Of a DNA stretch of 45,164 nucleotides, positions 8,760 through 18,626 are shown in pieces. The notes under the pieces are model-generated. The model was not told where the DNA came from. It did no database searches and saw only the letters and a program-made list of their open reading frames with translations. The stretch is from Bacilli bacterium (GTDB lineage: Bacteria > Bacillota_I > Bacilli_A > RF39 > UBA660), in NCBI GenBank assembly GCA_016290195.1, contig JAEETF010000025.1, forward strand, positions 1-45,164, written 5' to 3'. Numbering within the stretch: position 1 is the stretch's first letter; each line of letters opens with the position of its first letter. The translations under genes and the position numbers were made by a program.

Positions 8760-10631
8760 ATGAATTATGAAATAATAGTAGTAGGTGGAGGCCATGCTGG
8801 TTGTGAAGCTGCATTAGCGTCAGCAAGAAAAAATCATAAAACATTACTAGTAACAGGAAATATTAAAAATATTGCAGATATGCCATGTAATCCATCAATA
8901 GGAGGATCTGCAAAAGGAATAGTAGTAAGAGAAATAGATGCTCTTGGTGGTGAAATGGGTAGAAATGCCGATAAATCATTACTACAAATAAAGATGCTTA
9001 ATAATAAAAAAGGTCCAGCCGTTCAAGCGTTACGTGCACAAGCAGATAAAATAACTTATCCACAGGAAATGTTAAAAACACTTCAAAATGAATCAAATTT
9101 AGATATAAAAGAAGAACTTGTAAAAGATTTAATAGTCGAAAATAATGTTGTAAAAGGTGTTATTTTAGAAAATGAAGAAAGAATAAGTAGTAAATGTGTT
9201 ATTTTAACAACTGGTACTTATATGAAAGCAGATATACTTGTTGGAAGTACACGTCATAGAGAAGGTCCACATGGAGAAAAACCAAGTAATTATTTAAGTG
9301 AAAACTTGGAAAGATTAGGATTTACAATCAAAAGATTAAAAACAGGAACTCCACAAAGAATAGCTAAAGATAGTATAGATTATTCTGTATTAAAAATGGA
9401 ACCAGGTGATGATTGTTACCATACATTTAGTTTTGATAACAAAATATATTATGATAAAGAAAAGCAAGTTCCTTGTTATTTAACATATACAACAGATGAA
9501 ACACATAAAATTATTAGGGAAAACTTAAATAAATCAAGTATGTATGGTGGTTTAAGTGATATAAGAGGTATAGGTCCAAGATATTGTCCATCAATTGAAG
9601 ATAAAGTAGTAAGATTTGCTGACAAAGAAAGACATCAATTATTTTTAGAGCCAGAAAGTTTATATTATGATGACATATATTTACAAGGTTTTTCTACAAG
9701 TATGCCTCATGAAATTCAAGAACAAATGGTTCATTCGTTACCAGGTCTTGAGAATGCTAAAATACTTAAATATGCATATGCTATTGAATATGATGCAATT
9801 TATCCAACTCAGTTAAAACAATCACTTGAAACAAAATTAATAGAAAATTTATTTACTGCAGGTCAAATAAATGGTACTAGTGGTTATGAAGAAGCAGCAT
9901 GTCAAGGATTAATAGCTGGTATAAATGCCGCATTAAAAATAGAAAATAGAGAACCACTCATTTTAAAAAGAAATGAGGCATATATTGGTGTATTAATTGA
10001 TGATTTAGTTACCAAAGGTATAAGAGATCCTTATCGTTTACTTACTTCAAGAGCTGAATATAGATTATTATTAAGAAGTGATAATGCGGATTTAAGATTA
10101 AGTAAGATAGGTTATGATTTAGGGCTTTTACCAGCTGAAAGATATAAAAAACTAGAATCTAAAAAACAAAAAATAGAAGAAATGCTAGAATTTTTGAAAA
10201 ATAATAAAATTACACCAAAAGAGGAGATAAATAATAAATTAATAAGTTTTAATTCTAGTCCTATTAAAGATGGTATAAAATTATATGATTTATTAAGACG
10301 TCCTGAAATAAGAATGGAACATATAAAAGAATTTATAGATATTCCATTTGATGAAGAAGTTATTGAGCAAGTTGAAATAAATATTAAATATGAAGGATAT
10401 ATTAAAAAAGAAGAAAAAGAAGCAGAAAAAATGCTTACTTTAGAAAATAAAAAGATTCCAGAAAATATTGATTATTATAGTATTCATAATTTGGCTAGTG
10501 AAGCAAAACAAAAATTAACTGAAGTAAAACCAACATCAATTGGCCAAGCATTACGTATAAGTGGTGTTAATCCAGCAGATATATCAATATTAAGTATTTA
10601 TCTAAAGAAAAATCATAATTATGAATCTTAA
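8760..10631 (+). CDS. mnmG: tRNA uridine 5-carboxymethylaminomethyl modification enzyme MnmG (GidA)
   Basis: GGGHAGCEAA, MPCNPSIGG, RYCPSIEDK, AGQINGTSGYEEAA. Confidence 0.99.
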   Translation: MNYEIIVVGGGHAGCEAALASARKNHKTLLVTGNIKNIADMPCNPSIGGSAKGIVVREIDALGGEMGRNADKSLLQIKMLNNKKGPAVQALRAQADKITYPQEMLKTLQNESNLDIKEELVKDLIVENNVVKGVILENEERISSKCVILTTGTYMKADILVGSTRHREGPHGEKPSNYLSENLERLGFTIKRLKTGTPQRIAKDSIDYSVLKMEPGDDCYHTFSFDNKIYYDKEKQVPCYLTYTTDETHKIIRENLNKSSMYGGLSDIRGIGPRYCPSIEDKVVRFADKERHQLFLEPESLYYDDIYLQGFSTSMPHEIQEQMVHSLPGLENAKILKYAYAIEYDAIYPTQLKQSLETKLIENLFTAGQINGTSGYEEAACQGLIAGINAALKIENREPLILKRNEAYIGVLIDDLVTKGIRDPYRLLTSRAEYRLLLRSDNADLRLSKIGYDLGLLPAERYKKLESKKQKIEEMLEFLKNNKITPKEEINNKLISFNSSPIKDGIKLYDLLRRPEIRMEHIKEFIDIPFDEEVIEQVEINIKYEGYIKKEEKEAEKMLTLENKKIPENIDYYSIHNLASEAKQKLTEVKPTSIGQALRISGVNPADISILSIYLKKNHNYES

Positions 10632-11325
10632 TGAATTTATAATTGAATTAAAAAAAATAAATATTGATGTAACTGAAGAACAATTAAATCAATTAAATGA
10701 ATATTATATATTATTAGTAGAATGGAATCAAAAGGTTAATTTAACTAGAATTATAGATAAAGAAGATGTTTATTTAAAACATTTTTATGATAGTGCTACT
10801 TTAAATAAGGCAATTAATTTAAATGAAATCGACAATTTATGTGACTTTGGCACAGGAGCCGGTTTTCCAGGAATAGTTATTAAAATATTATTTCCCAACA
10901 TAAAAATTACTCTTGTGGATTCATTAAATAAGAGAGTTAATTTTCTTAATGAAGTAATCAATAAATTGAATTTAAAAGATATTGTAGCAATTCATACAAG
11001 AGTTGAAGATTTTGCAAAAAATAATCGGGAAATATTTGATGTAGTAGTTGCAAGAGCAGTAGCTAAATTAAATATATTAATAGAATATGCAACTCCTCTT
11101 GTCAAATGTGAAAAATATTTTATTGCAATGAAAGCAAATATAGATGAAGAATTAGAGGAAGCAAAATCTGCTATAGAAAAGCTTCATCTTTCTTTAAAAA
11201 ATAAAGTTGAATTCAAATTACCAAAGGAAGAAAGTATAAGAAATATTATTGTTTTTCAAAAGAAAAAGCGTACTGAATTAAAGTATCCACGTAGTACTAA
11301 TGAGATAAAGAAAAGATTATTATAA
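10621..11325 (+). CDS. rsmG: 16S rRNA m7G527 methyltransferase RsmG (GidB)
   Basis: NLTRI, KHFYDS, DFGTGAGFPG, DSLNKR, ARAVA; follows mnmG. Confidence 0.97.
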   Translation: MNLNEFIIELKKINIDVTEEQLNQLNEYYILLVEWNQKVNLTRIIDKEDVYLKHFYDSATLNKAINLNEIDNLCDFGTGAGFPGIVIKILFPNIKITLVDSLNKRVNFLNEVINKLNLKDIVAIHTRVEDFAKNNREIFDVVVARAVAKLNILIEYATPLVKCEKYFIAMKANIDEELEEAKSAIEKLHLSLKNKVEFKLPKEESIRNIIVFQKKKRTELKYPRSTNEIKKRLL

Positions 11326-11335
11326 TCTTTTTTTT
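11311..11335 (+). terminator. intrinsic terminator after rsmG
   Basis: AAAAGATTA/TAATCTTTT hairpin with U-tract (AT-rich, weak). Confidence 0.45.
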
Positions 11336-11382
11336 ATTTTGGGAAATAATTTGTTGCAATATTTCCCAAAATATAGTAATAT
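11335..11382 (+). promoter_or_regulatory. 14-bp perfect inverted repeat (NBS half-sites) overlapping putative noc promoter
   Basis: TATTTTGGGAAATA (11335-11348)-11 bp-TATTTCCCAAAATA (11360-11373); TTGCAA-17-TAATAT overlaps it. Confidence 0.6.
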
Positions 11383-11416
11383 ATATTATAGAATAGAAAG
11401 ATAGTTGGTGGTTGAT

Positions 11417-13174
11417 ATGAAGGAAGGCAAAAACGTAATACAAATAAATCTTAATGATATATTACCAAATCGTTTTCAACCAAGAATAAAATTTAATGAA
11501 AAATCAATTGTTGAATTATCTGAATCAATAAAAGAACATGGTGTTATTCAACCAATCATTGTTCGAAAGATAAGTGATAAGTTTGAAATAATAGCAGGTG
11601 AAAGAAGATATAAAGCAAGTGTATTAGCAGGTAAAACTGATATACCAGCAATTATAGTTGATTTGAATGATAAAGATAGTTCAGAAATTGCTCTTATTGA
11701 AAATGTTCAGAGAGAAGATTTAACTGCAATTGAAGAAGCTATCTCATATCGAAAAATTCTTGATATGGGATATTTAACACAAGAAGCATTAGCTAATAGA
11801 CTTGGCATTGCTCAATCAACAATTGCAAACAAAATTAGATTATTAAATCTTGATGATGATGTCCAAGAAGCTTTACTGGATGGTAAAATTTCAGAGAGAC
11901 ATGCTAGATCTTTATTAAAATTATCTCCATCTTTACAAAAAAAGATGCTTGATAAAATAATAAGTGAAAGATTAACGGTTAGAAAGACTGATGAGGTGAT
12001 AAATGATATGTTAAAAAATGAAACTGTTTTAGATAGCTTAAATGCAAATGTTTCAGATATGACTCCAACAAATGATGTAGTAGTTGCTCCAAGTGAAAAT
12101 CCATTTTTACTAAATAATATGTCATCACCATCATCTCCAAATGTTGAAGTTTTAGATTTAGGTTATGCAGATATAAAAGCACCAAATGCAAATATTCCAT
12201 CAAGTCCTATAATAGAAGATGATGTAGTAGTGCCACAAATGCCAGTTCAGAAAGAAATTCCAGCTATGAGTCAACCAGCCGAAGTGATTCCACAACCAGT
12301 GGCATATTCCACTTCAGTTGAAATGGCGCCACAAATACCAGTTCAGGAAGAAATTCCAGCTATGACTCAACCAGCCGAAGTGATTCCACAACCAGTAGCA
12401 TATTCCACTTCAGTTGAAATGGCACCACAAATGCCAGTTCAGGAAGAAATTCCAGTTATGATTCCAACTCAGCCAATAATTGAAGATAATAGTTCATTTG
12501 AAGGTCCTTCACCAATGCCTATTCCAACAGCACCAATTCAAAAAATAAGTGTAGAAGAACCAATTCAAGAAGAAGTACATCAAAATAGATTTTTTACAAT
12601 GATGGCTCCACAACCAGAGGAGATACCTGTTCAAATAGATAATTCAGTTATGAATAATCAATCTGAAAAAGTTGTTCCACCAGTAGAACTAGCAGTCCCT
12701 GATTCAAATTTAAACATATTTGATTCAAGTGCAATTAATAATCAACAATTTGTTCCAACACAACAAGTAAGTATCACTCCTGAAACAGTAGCACCTATTC
12801 AACAAATTCCAGTTGAAAATAATATATTTAATGCTGCTCCAGTATATCAAAATGCAGTACCTACTCCAGAGATGCCTATTCAAAATTTTGAACAGCCAGT
12901 AATTGAAGATAATTCAGATGATACTGAAATAGAAGATACACCAATTGATATTGTAGAATCAGATGAACCAATAATTCAACAAGTAGTTCCTTTAACTGTA
13001 GATCAACCAATGATTCAAACAGTACCAGTTCAAGAGGAAAGTTATAACTTAAGAGATGTTATAAATAAAATGCGTAAATGTGCAGATGAAATAGAAGCGA
13101 TGGGATTTGAAATAGACACTGAAGAATTTGATTTTGATGATATGTATCAAGTAATATTTAAAATTAAAAAGTAA
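11417..13174 (+). CDS. noc: nucleoid occlusion protein Noc-like ParB-family CTPase with long low-complexity insertion
   Basis: PNRFQPR, GERR, LIENVQREDL; HTH TQEALANRLGIAQSTIANKIRLL..ERHAR is Noc-like; Noc-like C-terminal domain; position directly after rsmG; start set at ATG 11417 after GGTGG. Confidence 0.8.
   Translation: MKEGKNVIQINLNDILPNRFQPRIKFNEKSIVELSESIKEHGVIQPIIVRKISDKFEIIAGERRYKASVLAGKTDIPAIIVDLNDKDSSEIALIENVQREDLTAIEEAISYRKILDMGYLTQEALANRLGIAQSTIANKIRLLNLDDDVQEALLDGKISERHARSLLKLSPSLQKKMLDKIISERLTVRKTDEVINDMLKNETVLDSLNANVSDMTPTNDVVVAPSENPFLLNNMSSPSSPNVEVLDLGYADIKAPNANIPSSPIIEDDVVVPQMPVQKEIPAMSQPAEVIPQPVAYSTSVEMAPQIPVQEEIPAMTQPAEVIPQPVAYSTSVEMAPQMPVQEEIPVMIPTQPIIEDNSSFEGPSPMPIPTAPIQKISVEEPIQEEVHQNRFFTMMAPQPEEIPVQIDNSVMNNQSEKVVPPVELAVPDSNLNIFDSSAINNQQFVPTQQVSITPETVAPIQQIPVENNIFNAAPVYQNAVPTPEMPIQNFEQPVIEDNSDDTEIEDTPIDIVESDEPIIQQVVPLTVDQPMIQTVPVQEESYNLRDVINKMRKCADEIEAMGFEIDTEEFDFDDMYQVIFKIKK
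12233..12460 (+). repeat. 96-bp (32-aa) coding tandem repeat, about 2.4 copies
   Basis: units start 12233, 12329, 12425: PQMPVQKEIPAMSQPAEVIPQPVAYSTSVEMA, near-identical DNA. Confidence 0.95.
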
Positions 13175-13192
13175 GTGTAACTTACTTTTTTT
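13166..13192 (+). terminator. intrinsic terminator after noc
   Basis: AAAAAGTAAGT-gta-ACTTACTTTTT plus U-tract. Confidence 0.65.
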
Positions 13193-13570
13193 ATGAATAA
13201 TAATAATATAGATTCAATACTTGAAAAATTATCAAAATTAAAATATCGTGGTTCTTTTCATTTAAATAAAAAAATGAAAGAATATGTAAATAAAAAAGGA
13301 ATAGAAGAAATAAGAAAACATGCTGAAAAAATAATTTTTGAAAGAATTAGTCCAGCAGTATTAAATAATGATGGCAAACAAACACCATATCGTCAAGTTC
13401 ATCCAGTATTTATTGCTCAACATGCATGTGGTTGTTGTTGCAGAGGCTGTATAGAAAAAATCCATCATATTTCAAAAGGAAAAGAATTAATTCCTGATGA
13501 ATTTAATTTTATTATCAATTTATTAATAAAATGGATAATTAAAGAATGTCAAAACGAGGTGAAAAAATGA
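13193..13570 (+). CDS. DUF4186 family protein
   Basis: FHL, NDGKQTP, HPVFIAQHA..CCRGC.EK.H.I..G signature. Confidence 0.85.
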   Translation: MNNNNIDSILEKLSKLKYRGSFHLNKKMKEYVNKKGIEEIRKHAEKIIFERISPAVLNNDGKQTPYRQVHPVFIAQHACGCCCRGCIEKIHHISKGKELIPDEFNFIINLLIKWIIKECQNEVKK

Positions 13571-14463
13571 ATATTAATGAAGTAGAAAAAGCTAGAAAGA
13601 AAGCTCTTTATCCAATAATTATTTGTAGTTTATTAGATTTAATATTACTAAGTATTAATATAATTTATCCACATTTAGTATTTTTTGTAGTACCGCTTGG
13701 AATAACAATAATAACAATGATAATAGTACCAGAACGCATAAATAATTTTAGAAAAAATTATTTTATATATTTAATGCTTGTTGATATAAAAAATACAGAA
13801 TGTTTGAAAAAAATAGAATATCAACCATCAACAGGTTTCCCATATCATAAAGTATATAATTCATATGCAATGACAGATGGTGATAAATATAAATCTTCGA
13901 ATTATGTATTATGTTCATCTGATAACATAAAGCTTGAACAAGCTCATATTACTATATCAAATATAAATAATACATATTTAGGCCCAAAAACATATGATAT
14001 TTGTTTTAAAGGTGAATGGTTAAGATTTACTTTACCAAGGGCATTTAAAACTAATTTATATATATATCAAAAAAATTTTAGAAATATGATAAAACTATCA
14101 GTTGTTGGAAAATTTTATAAACAAGTAACATCTAATTTTATTGAATTTGATAATAAGTTTATTATTAGAACTAATAATGAAAAAGAGTATTTAAAAATGT
14201 TACAATTAGTAATGCTTGAAGTATTAGAAATAAGGAAAAAGATAAAGGGTAAAATGATGATTTGCTTTAGAGACAACTATATTTATTTAGGTATTGATAG
14301 ATATGATGGTATAGTTGAAAATCCTAGTATATTTCATAAATATACTGAGCAAGATAAAGAATTAAAACCAACAGGTATTGTATCAAAGGTATTTGAAATT
14401 GTTGATAACTTAAAAATAGATTCAAATTTATTTAAAGACATAGAGGAAAAGAAGGAATTATAA
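13567..14463 (+). CDS. DUF3137-like membrane protein
   Basis: two N-terminal TM segments, then D.Y.S...., FKGEW...F, EFDNKF.I pattern; ATGA overlap with upstream stop; GAGGTG SD. Confidence 0.6.
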   Translation: MNINEVEKARKKALYPIIICSLLDLILLSINIIYPHLVFFVVPLGITIITMIIVPERINNFRKNYFIYLMLVDIKNTECLKKIEYQPSTGFPYHKVYNSYAMTDGDKYKSSNYVLCSSDNIKLEQAHITISNINNTYLGPKTYDICFKGEWLRFTLPRAFKTNLYIYQKNFRNMIKLSVVGKFYKQVTSNFIEFDNKFIIRTNNEKEYLKMLQLVMLEVLEIRKKIKGKMMICFRDNYIYLGIDRYDGIVENPSIFHKYTEQDKELKPTGIVSKVFEIVDNLKIDSNLFKDIEEKKEL

Positions 14464-15294
14464 ATGAATGCATTAAAAAAATTAATTACTATATTTATAG
14501 GAATTATACTTACTATTACTTTATTTTCGTCTTCAGTAGTTTTAATAATTAAAAATTTATTCGAAAAACAATTAGTATCTAATGTTCTTAAAGAAGAAAT
14601 AATAGTTTCATATTCAAAAAAGGTAACTGATGATGAAAAAGTAGAACAATTAGAAAATTTATTGGAAGATAAGGAATTAAAAAAATTAGCACAAACTGTT
14701 ATTGATGAATACATTGATGTTATGTCAGGAGATAAAGATAAAATTAGTTATGAAACAGTTGATAAAATAATAGATTTTGTTGTTAATCATAAAGAAAATC
14801 TTGAAGAAATTACTGGAGAAAAAGTAAGCGTTGAAGAAATAAAATCTGAAAAAAATAGAGAAAAATTATATGAAAATTTAAATAATAATATTAATCAAAT
14901 AGAAGAAGAAACGAATGAATTAGAAATAGCTGCTAAAGCATATAATATAGTGACTTCTTCAGGGGCATTAACATTTGTAATAATTGTTGTAATTGTGTCA
15001 GTAGGAATGGTGATTTTAATAAATCAATCTATTCGTACAGGCCTTACAATGCTTGGTGTTATATCTATTATACTTGGAATAAATCATTTATCATTTTATG
15101 TATTAGTTGAAAGTTTACTTTCTGTTACAAAAATTAATATTAATAATAGACCAATAAATATAAATGTAAGCATTATTTTAATTGTAGGAATTATTTCCTT
15201 ATTATTAGGGATAATAATGTTAGTTAGTAAAAAATTTATACCTAAAAAAGAAAATGGCACTACTCAAATGAATAGTGAAATAAAGGCCAGTTAA
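14464..15294 (+). CDS. hypothetical membrane protein
   Basis: N-terminal TM, acidic helical soluble region, three C-terminal TM segments. Confidence 0.75.
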   Translation: MNALKKLITIFIGIILTITLFSSSVVLIIKNLFEKQLVSNVLKEEIIVSYSKKVTDDEKVEQLENLLEDKELKKLAQTVIDEYIDVMSGDKDKISYETVDKIIDFVVNHKENLEEITGEKVSVEEIKSEKNREKLYENLNNNINQIEEETNELEIAAKAYNIVTSSGALTFVIIVVIVSVGMVILINQSIRTGLTMLGVISIILGINHLSFYVLVESLLSVTKININNRPININVSIILIVGIISLLLGIIMLVSKKFIPKKENGTTQMNSEIKAS

Positions 15295-15304
15295 TGGCTT
15301 TTTT
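15282..15304 (+). terminator. intrinsic terminator
   Basis: AAAGGCCA-gttaa-TGGCTTTT plus U-tract. Confidence 0.6.
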
Positions 15305-15370
15305 TAATACTATTGTAATTTGTCTTTATTTTTGTTAAAATTATATCTAATTATGAAAAGGAGGAATTTA

Positions 15371-17332
15371 ATGAAAAATAAATTTAAATTAGTAGCTCCT
15401 TATAAACCTAGTGGAGATCAACCAGAAGCAATAAATAAATTAGTAAATGGAATTAAAATTGGTGAAAAAAATCAAGTTTTACAAGGTGTAACTGGTAGTG
15501 GTAAAAGTTTTACTATGGCTAATGTTATTGAAAAAGTTGGTAAACCTACCCTAATACTTGCTCACAATAAAACTCTTGCTGGACAGTTATATAGTGAAAT
15601 GAAAAAGTTTTTTCCAGAAAATAGAGTTGAGTATTTTGTTAGTTATTATGATTATTATCAACCAGAAGCATATGTAGCTAAAACAGATACATATATTGAA
15701 AAAGATTCTTCAATTAATGATGAAATAGATGAATTGCGTCATTCAGCAACAGCAGCTCTTTTAGATCATGATGATGTTATAGTAGTTGCAAGTGTCTCTT
15801 GTATATATGGTATAGGAGAAATTGAAGAATATCGAAAAAAATTATTAGTTTTAAATGAAAATGAAACAGTAGATCGTAATTATGTTATGGAAAAACTAAT
15901 AGATATGCTTTATGAACGAAATAATATTGATTTAAAAAGAGGAACTTTTCGTGTTAGAGGTGATGTATTAGAAATAATTCCAGTTGGTGAACATTCTAAA
16001 GGAATACGTGTTGAATTCTTTGGTGATGAAATTGATAAAATATATGAATTTGATACTTTAACTGGAAAAATAATCCAAGAAAAAAATAGTGTATCGATAT
16101 ATCCAGCAAGTCACTTTGTAACAAGTGATGAAAAATTGCAATTAGCAATCAAAAATATAAAAGAAGAACTAGAAAATCAACTTGCATATTTTAAACAAGA
16201 AAATAAATTATTAGAATATCAACGTTTAATGGAAAGAACAAATTATGATTTAGAAATGCTTTCTGAAACTGGTTTTTGTCATGGTGTTGAAAATTATTCA
16301 CGCCATTTAGCTCTTAAACAAGCAGGAGAAACACCTACTACATTATTAGATTTTTTTAAAAAAGATTTTATTTTATTTATAGATGAATCTCATGTTACTT
16401 TGCCCCAAGTAAGAGCTATGTATAATGGAGATAGAATGCGTAAACAATCATTAGTTGATTATGGTTTTAGACTTCCAAGCGCTCTTGATAATAGACCATT
16501 AAAATTTGAGGAGTTTGAACAAAAACTAGATAATGTAATTTATGTTTCAGCAACACCTGGTGATTATGAATTAGAAAAGTGCAATTATAAAGTAATTGAA
16601 CAAATTATACGTCCAACAGGACTTTTAGATCCAAATATTGAGGTAAGAAAATCAAAAAATCAAATTGATGATCTTGTTGAAGAAATAAATAAATGTAAAG
16701 AAAAAAATGAAAGAGTATTAATTACTACTCTTACTATTAGAATGTCTGAAGAATTAACTGATTATTTAAAAAAATTAGATATTAAAGTCGCATATCTTCA
16801 TAGTGAAATAAAAACATTAGAAAGAATGAAGATAATTAGAGATTTAAGAATAGGAAAATACGATGTCATAGTTGGTATTAATTTATTAAGAGAAGGACTT
16901 GATATACCAGAAGTAAGTTTAATAGCTATATTAGATGCTGATAAACAAGGATTCTTAAGAAGTACAAGAAGTTTAATTCAAACAATAGGAAGGGCAGCTA
17001 GAAATTCTAATGGTAAAGTAATTATGTATGCAGATACTATTAGTGATTCTATGAAGGAAGCAATTAATGAGACAATGCGTAGAAGAAATATTCAAAATAA
17101 ATATAATGAAGAACATGGTATAATACCTAAAACAATTATTAAAGAAATTAGTGAGATAATTACCAATAATAAGGAAGTTAATGATAAAGGTGAAATTCAA
17201 ATGACAAAAGCTGAGAAAAAATCATTAATAATCAAGATAGAAAAAGAAATGCATGATGCAGCTTCAAGACTAGATTTTGAACGTGCTACTGAATTACGTG
17301 ATATTTTATTTGAATTAAAAGCAAATAATTAA
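15371..17332 (+). CDS. uvrB: excinuclease ABC subunit B
   Basis: [45 protein letters not shown]-terminal UVR domain; AAGGAGG SD before ATG 15371. Confidence 0.99.
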   Translation: MKNKFKLVAPYKPSGDQPEAINKLVNGIKIGEKNQVLQGVTGSGKSFTMANVIEKVGKPTLILAHNKTLAGQLYSEMKKFFPENRVEYFVSYYDYYQPEAYVAKTDTYIEKDSSINDEIDELRHSATAALLDHDDVIVVASVSCIYGIGEIEEYRKKLLVLNENETVDRNYVMEKLIDMLYERNNIDLKRGTFRVRGDVLEIIPVGEHSKGIRVEFFGDEIDKIYEFDTLTGKIIQEKNSVSIYPASHFVTSDEKLQLAIKNIKEELENQLAYFKQENKLLEYQRLMERTNYDLEMLSETGFCHGVENYSRHLALKQAGETPTTLLDFFKKDFILFIDESHVTLPQVRAMYNGDRMRKQSLVDYGFRLPSALDNRPLKFEEFEQKLDNVIYVSATPGDYELEKCNYKVIEQIIRPTGLLDPNIEVRKSKNQIDDLVEEINKCKEKNERVLITTLTIRMSEELTDYLKKLDIKVAYLHSEIKTLERMKIIRDLRIGKYDVIVGINLLREGLDIPEVSLIAILDADKQGFLRSTRSLIQTIGRAARNSNGKVIMYADTISDSMKEAINETMRRRNIQNKYNEEHGIIPKTIIKEISEIITNNKEVNDKGEIQMTKAEKKSLIIKIEKEMHDAASRLDFERATELRDILFELKANN

Positions 17333-17362
17333 AAAATGTGTTATAATAAAAGAGGTGACTTT

Positions 17363-17761
17363 ATGAAAAAGAAGACTAAAACTATTAAAGTATTAGATGC
17401 AATAATATCTATAATTATTTATTCTATAATATTGATAACAGTATCTCTTATATTTGATGATACAGTATATATTGATAACGCTTATTATGGTGTTTATAGC
17501 TTACTTGCTTCTTTTATAATATATATACTAAATAGAACTGTAAAACCAATACTTGTTTGGATTACAATACCTATTACTGCAATAACTTTTGGTTTATTTT
17601 ATCCTATGATAAATGTATTTATATTAAAAATAACAGATTGGATACTTTTCTCTCATTTTGAAATAAAAGGTATTATTATTCCATTTTTTGTGGCCATTAT
17701 AATATCTATAACACATATAATTATGGAGCATTTTGTAAATAAGATATTGGAGGCTAAATAA
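17363..17761 (+). CDS. YvlD-like (phage holin family 4_2) membrane protein
   Basis: LNRTVKPIL..ITIP.T..TFGLF..IN pattern, 4 TM; syntenic between uvrB and lgt; AGAGGTGA SD. Confidence 0.8.
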   Translation: MKKKTKTIKVLDAIISIIIYSIILITVSLIFDDTVYIDNAYYGVYSLLASFIIYILNRTVKPILVWITIPITAITFGLFYPMINVFILKITDWILFSHFEIKGIIIPFFVAIIISITHIIMEHFVNKILEAK

Positions 17762-18537
17762 TGAATAGTGTCTTAATTGATTTAGGATTTATAAAAATAT
17801 ATTGGTATTCTTTCTTTATTTGTGTGGGTTTTGTTTTAGGCGCAATACTTGCTTTAAGAGAAGCCAAGAAAAAAGGAATTTCTAAAGATGTAATGTTAGA
17901 TTATTTCTTTTATTTAATACCGATTGTTATATTAGGAGCCCGTTTATATTATGTATTGTTTAATTTTGATAATTATCGTGATAATTTAATAGATATTTTT
18001 AAAGTATGGGAAGGCGGATTAGCTATTCATGGAGGAGTAATAGCTGGTATCATATGGACTTATATATATTCTAAAATTAAAAAGATTAATTTCTTTTTAA
18101 TCACTGATATAATGGTTGTAAGTTTAATTCTTGGCCAAGCAATTGGAAGATGGGGTAATTTCTTCAATCATGAAGCACATGGTCCTATGATTGAACTAGC
18201 TACATTACAAAAAATGAATATACCACAATTTATAATAGATGGCATGTTTATAAGAGGTAATTATTATGAACCTACTTTCTTTTATGAATCAATTTGGTGT
18301 TTGTCTGGATTTATAGCCCTAGTAACGCTAAGATTAACTAAAAAATTACGTATAAGCAATTTAACATCATTTTATTTAGTATGGTATTCTATTGGTAGAT
18401 TTTATATAGAATCATTAAGAACTGATAGCTTGATGTTTTGCGGTTTAAAAGTTGCTCAAATAATTTCTATTTGTGCAATTATTGCAGGAATAATAATATT
18501 TATATTTTCATTTAAAAAAAAGAATAAACTTTATTGA
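17761..18537 (+). CDS. lgt: prolipoprotein diacylglyceryl transferase
   Basis: IYWY, GARLYYV, WEGGLAIHGG, QAIGRWGNFFN.E, PTFFYES, E.LRTD. Confidence 0.98.
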   Translation: MNSVLIDLGFIKIYWYSFFICVGFVLGAILALREAKKKGISKDVMLDYFFYLIPIVILGARLYYVLFNFDNYRDNLIDIFKVWEGGLAIHGGVIAGIIWTYIYSKIKKINFFLITDIMVVSLILGQAIGRWGNFFNHEAHGPMIELATLQKMNIPQFIIDGMFIRGNYYEPTFFYESIWCLSGFIALVTLRLTKKLRISNLTSFYLVWYSIGRFYIESLRTDSLMFCGLKVAQIISICAIIAGIIIFIFSFKKKNKLY

Positions 18538-18553
18538 TAAGTTTATTCTTTTT
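18517..18553 (+). terminator. intrinsic terminator after lgt
   Basis: AAAAAGAATAAACTT-7 nt-AAGTTTATTCTTTTT. Confidence 0.65.
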
Positions 18554-18555
18554 AA

Positions 18556-18585
18556 TAGACAAAAATATAGAAAAAATGGTATACT
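18556..18585 (+). promoter_or_regulatory. sigma-A-type promoter of the pilin-like gene
   Basis: TAGACA-18 bp-TATACT with TG extension. Confidence 0.6.
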
Positions 18586-18626
18586 TTAGTGTAGGATAGA
18601 TAAATAATAAAGATAAGGTGATAGCG

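Noticed and set aside
12233-12460. 96-bp direct repeats as a possible CRISPR array or mobile-element scar
   Set aside because: No spacers, in-frame coding repeat inside noc, no cas or transposase genes
17363-17761. Phage-holin-family gene as evidence of a prophage
   Set aside because: YvlD-type housekeeping position between uvrB and lgt; no other phage genes
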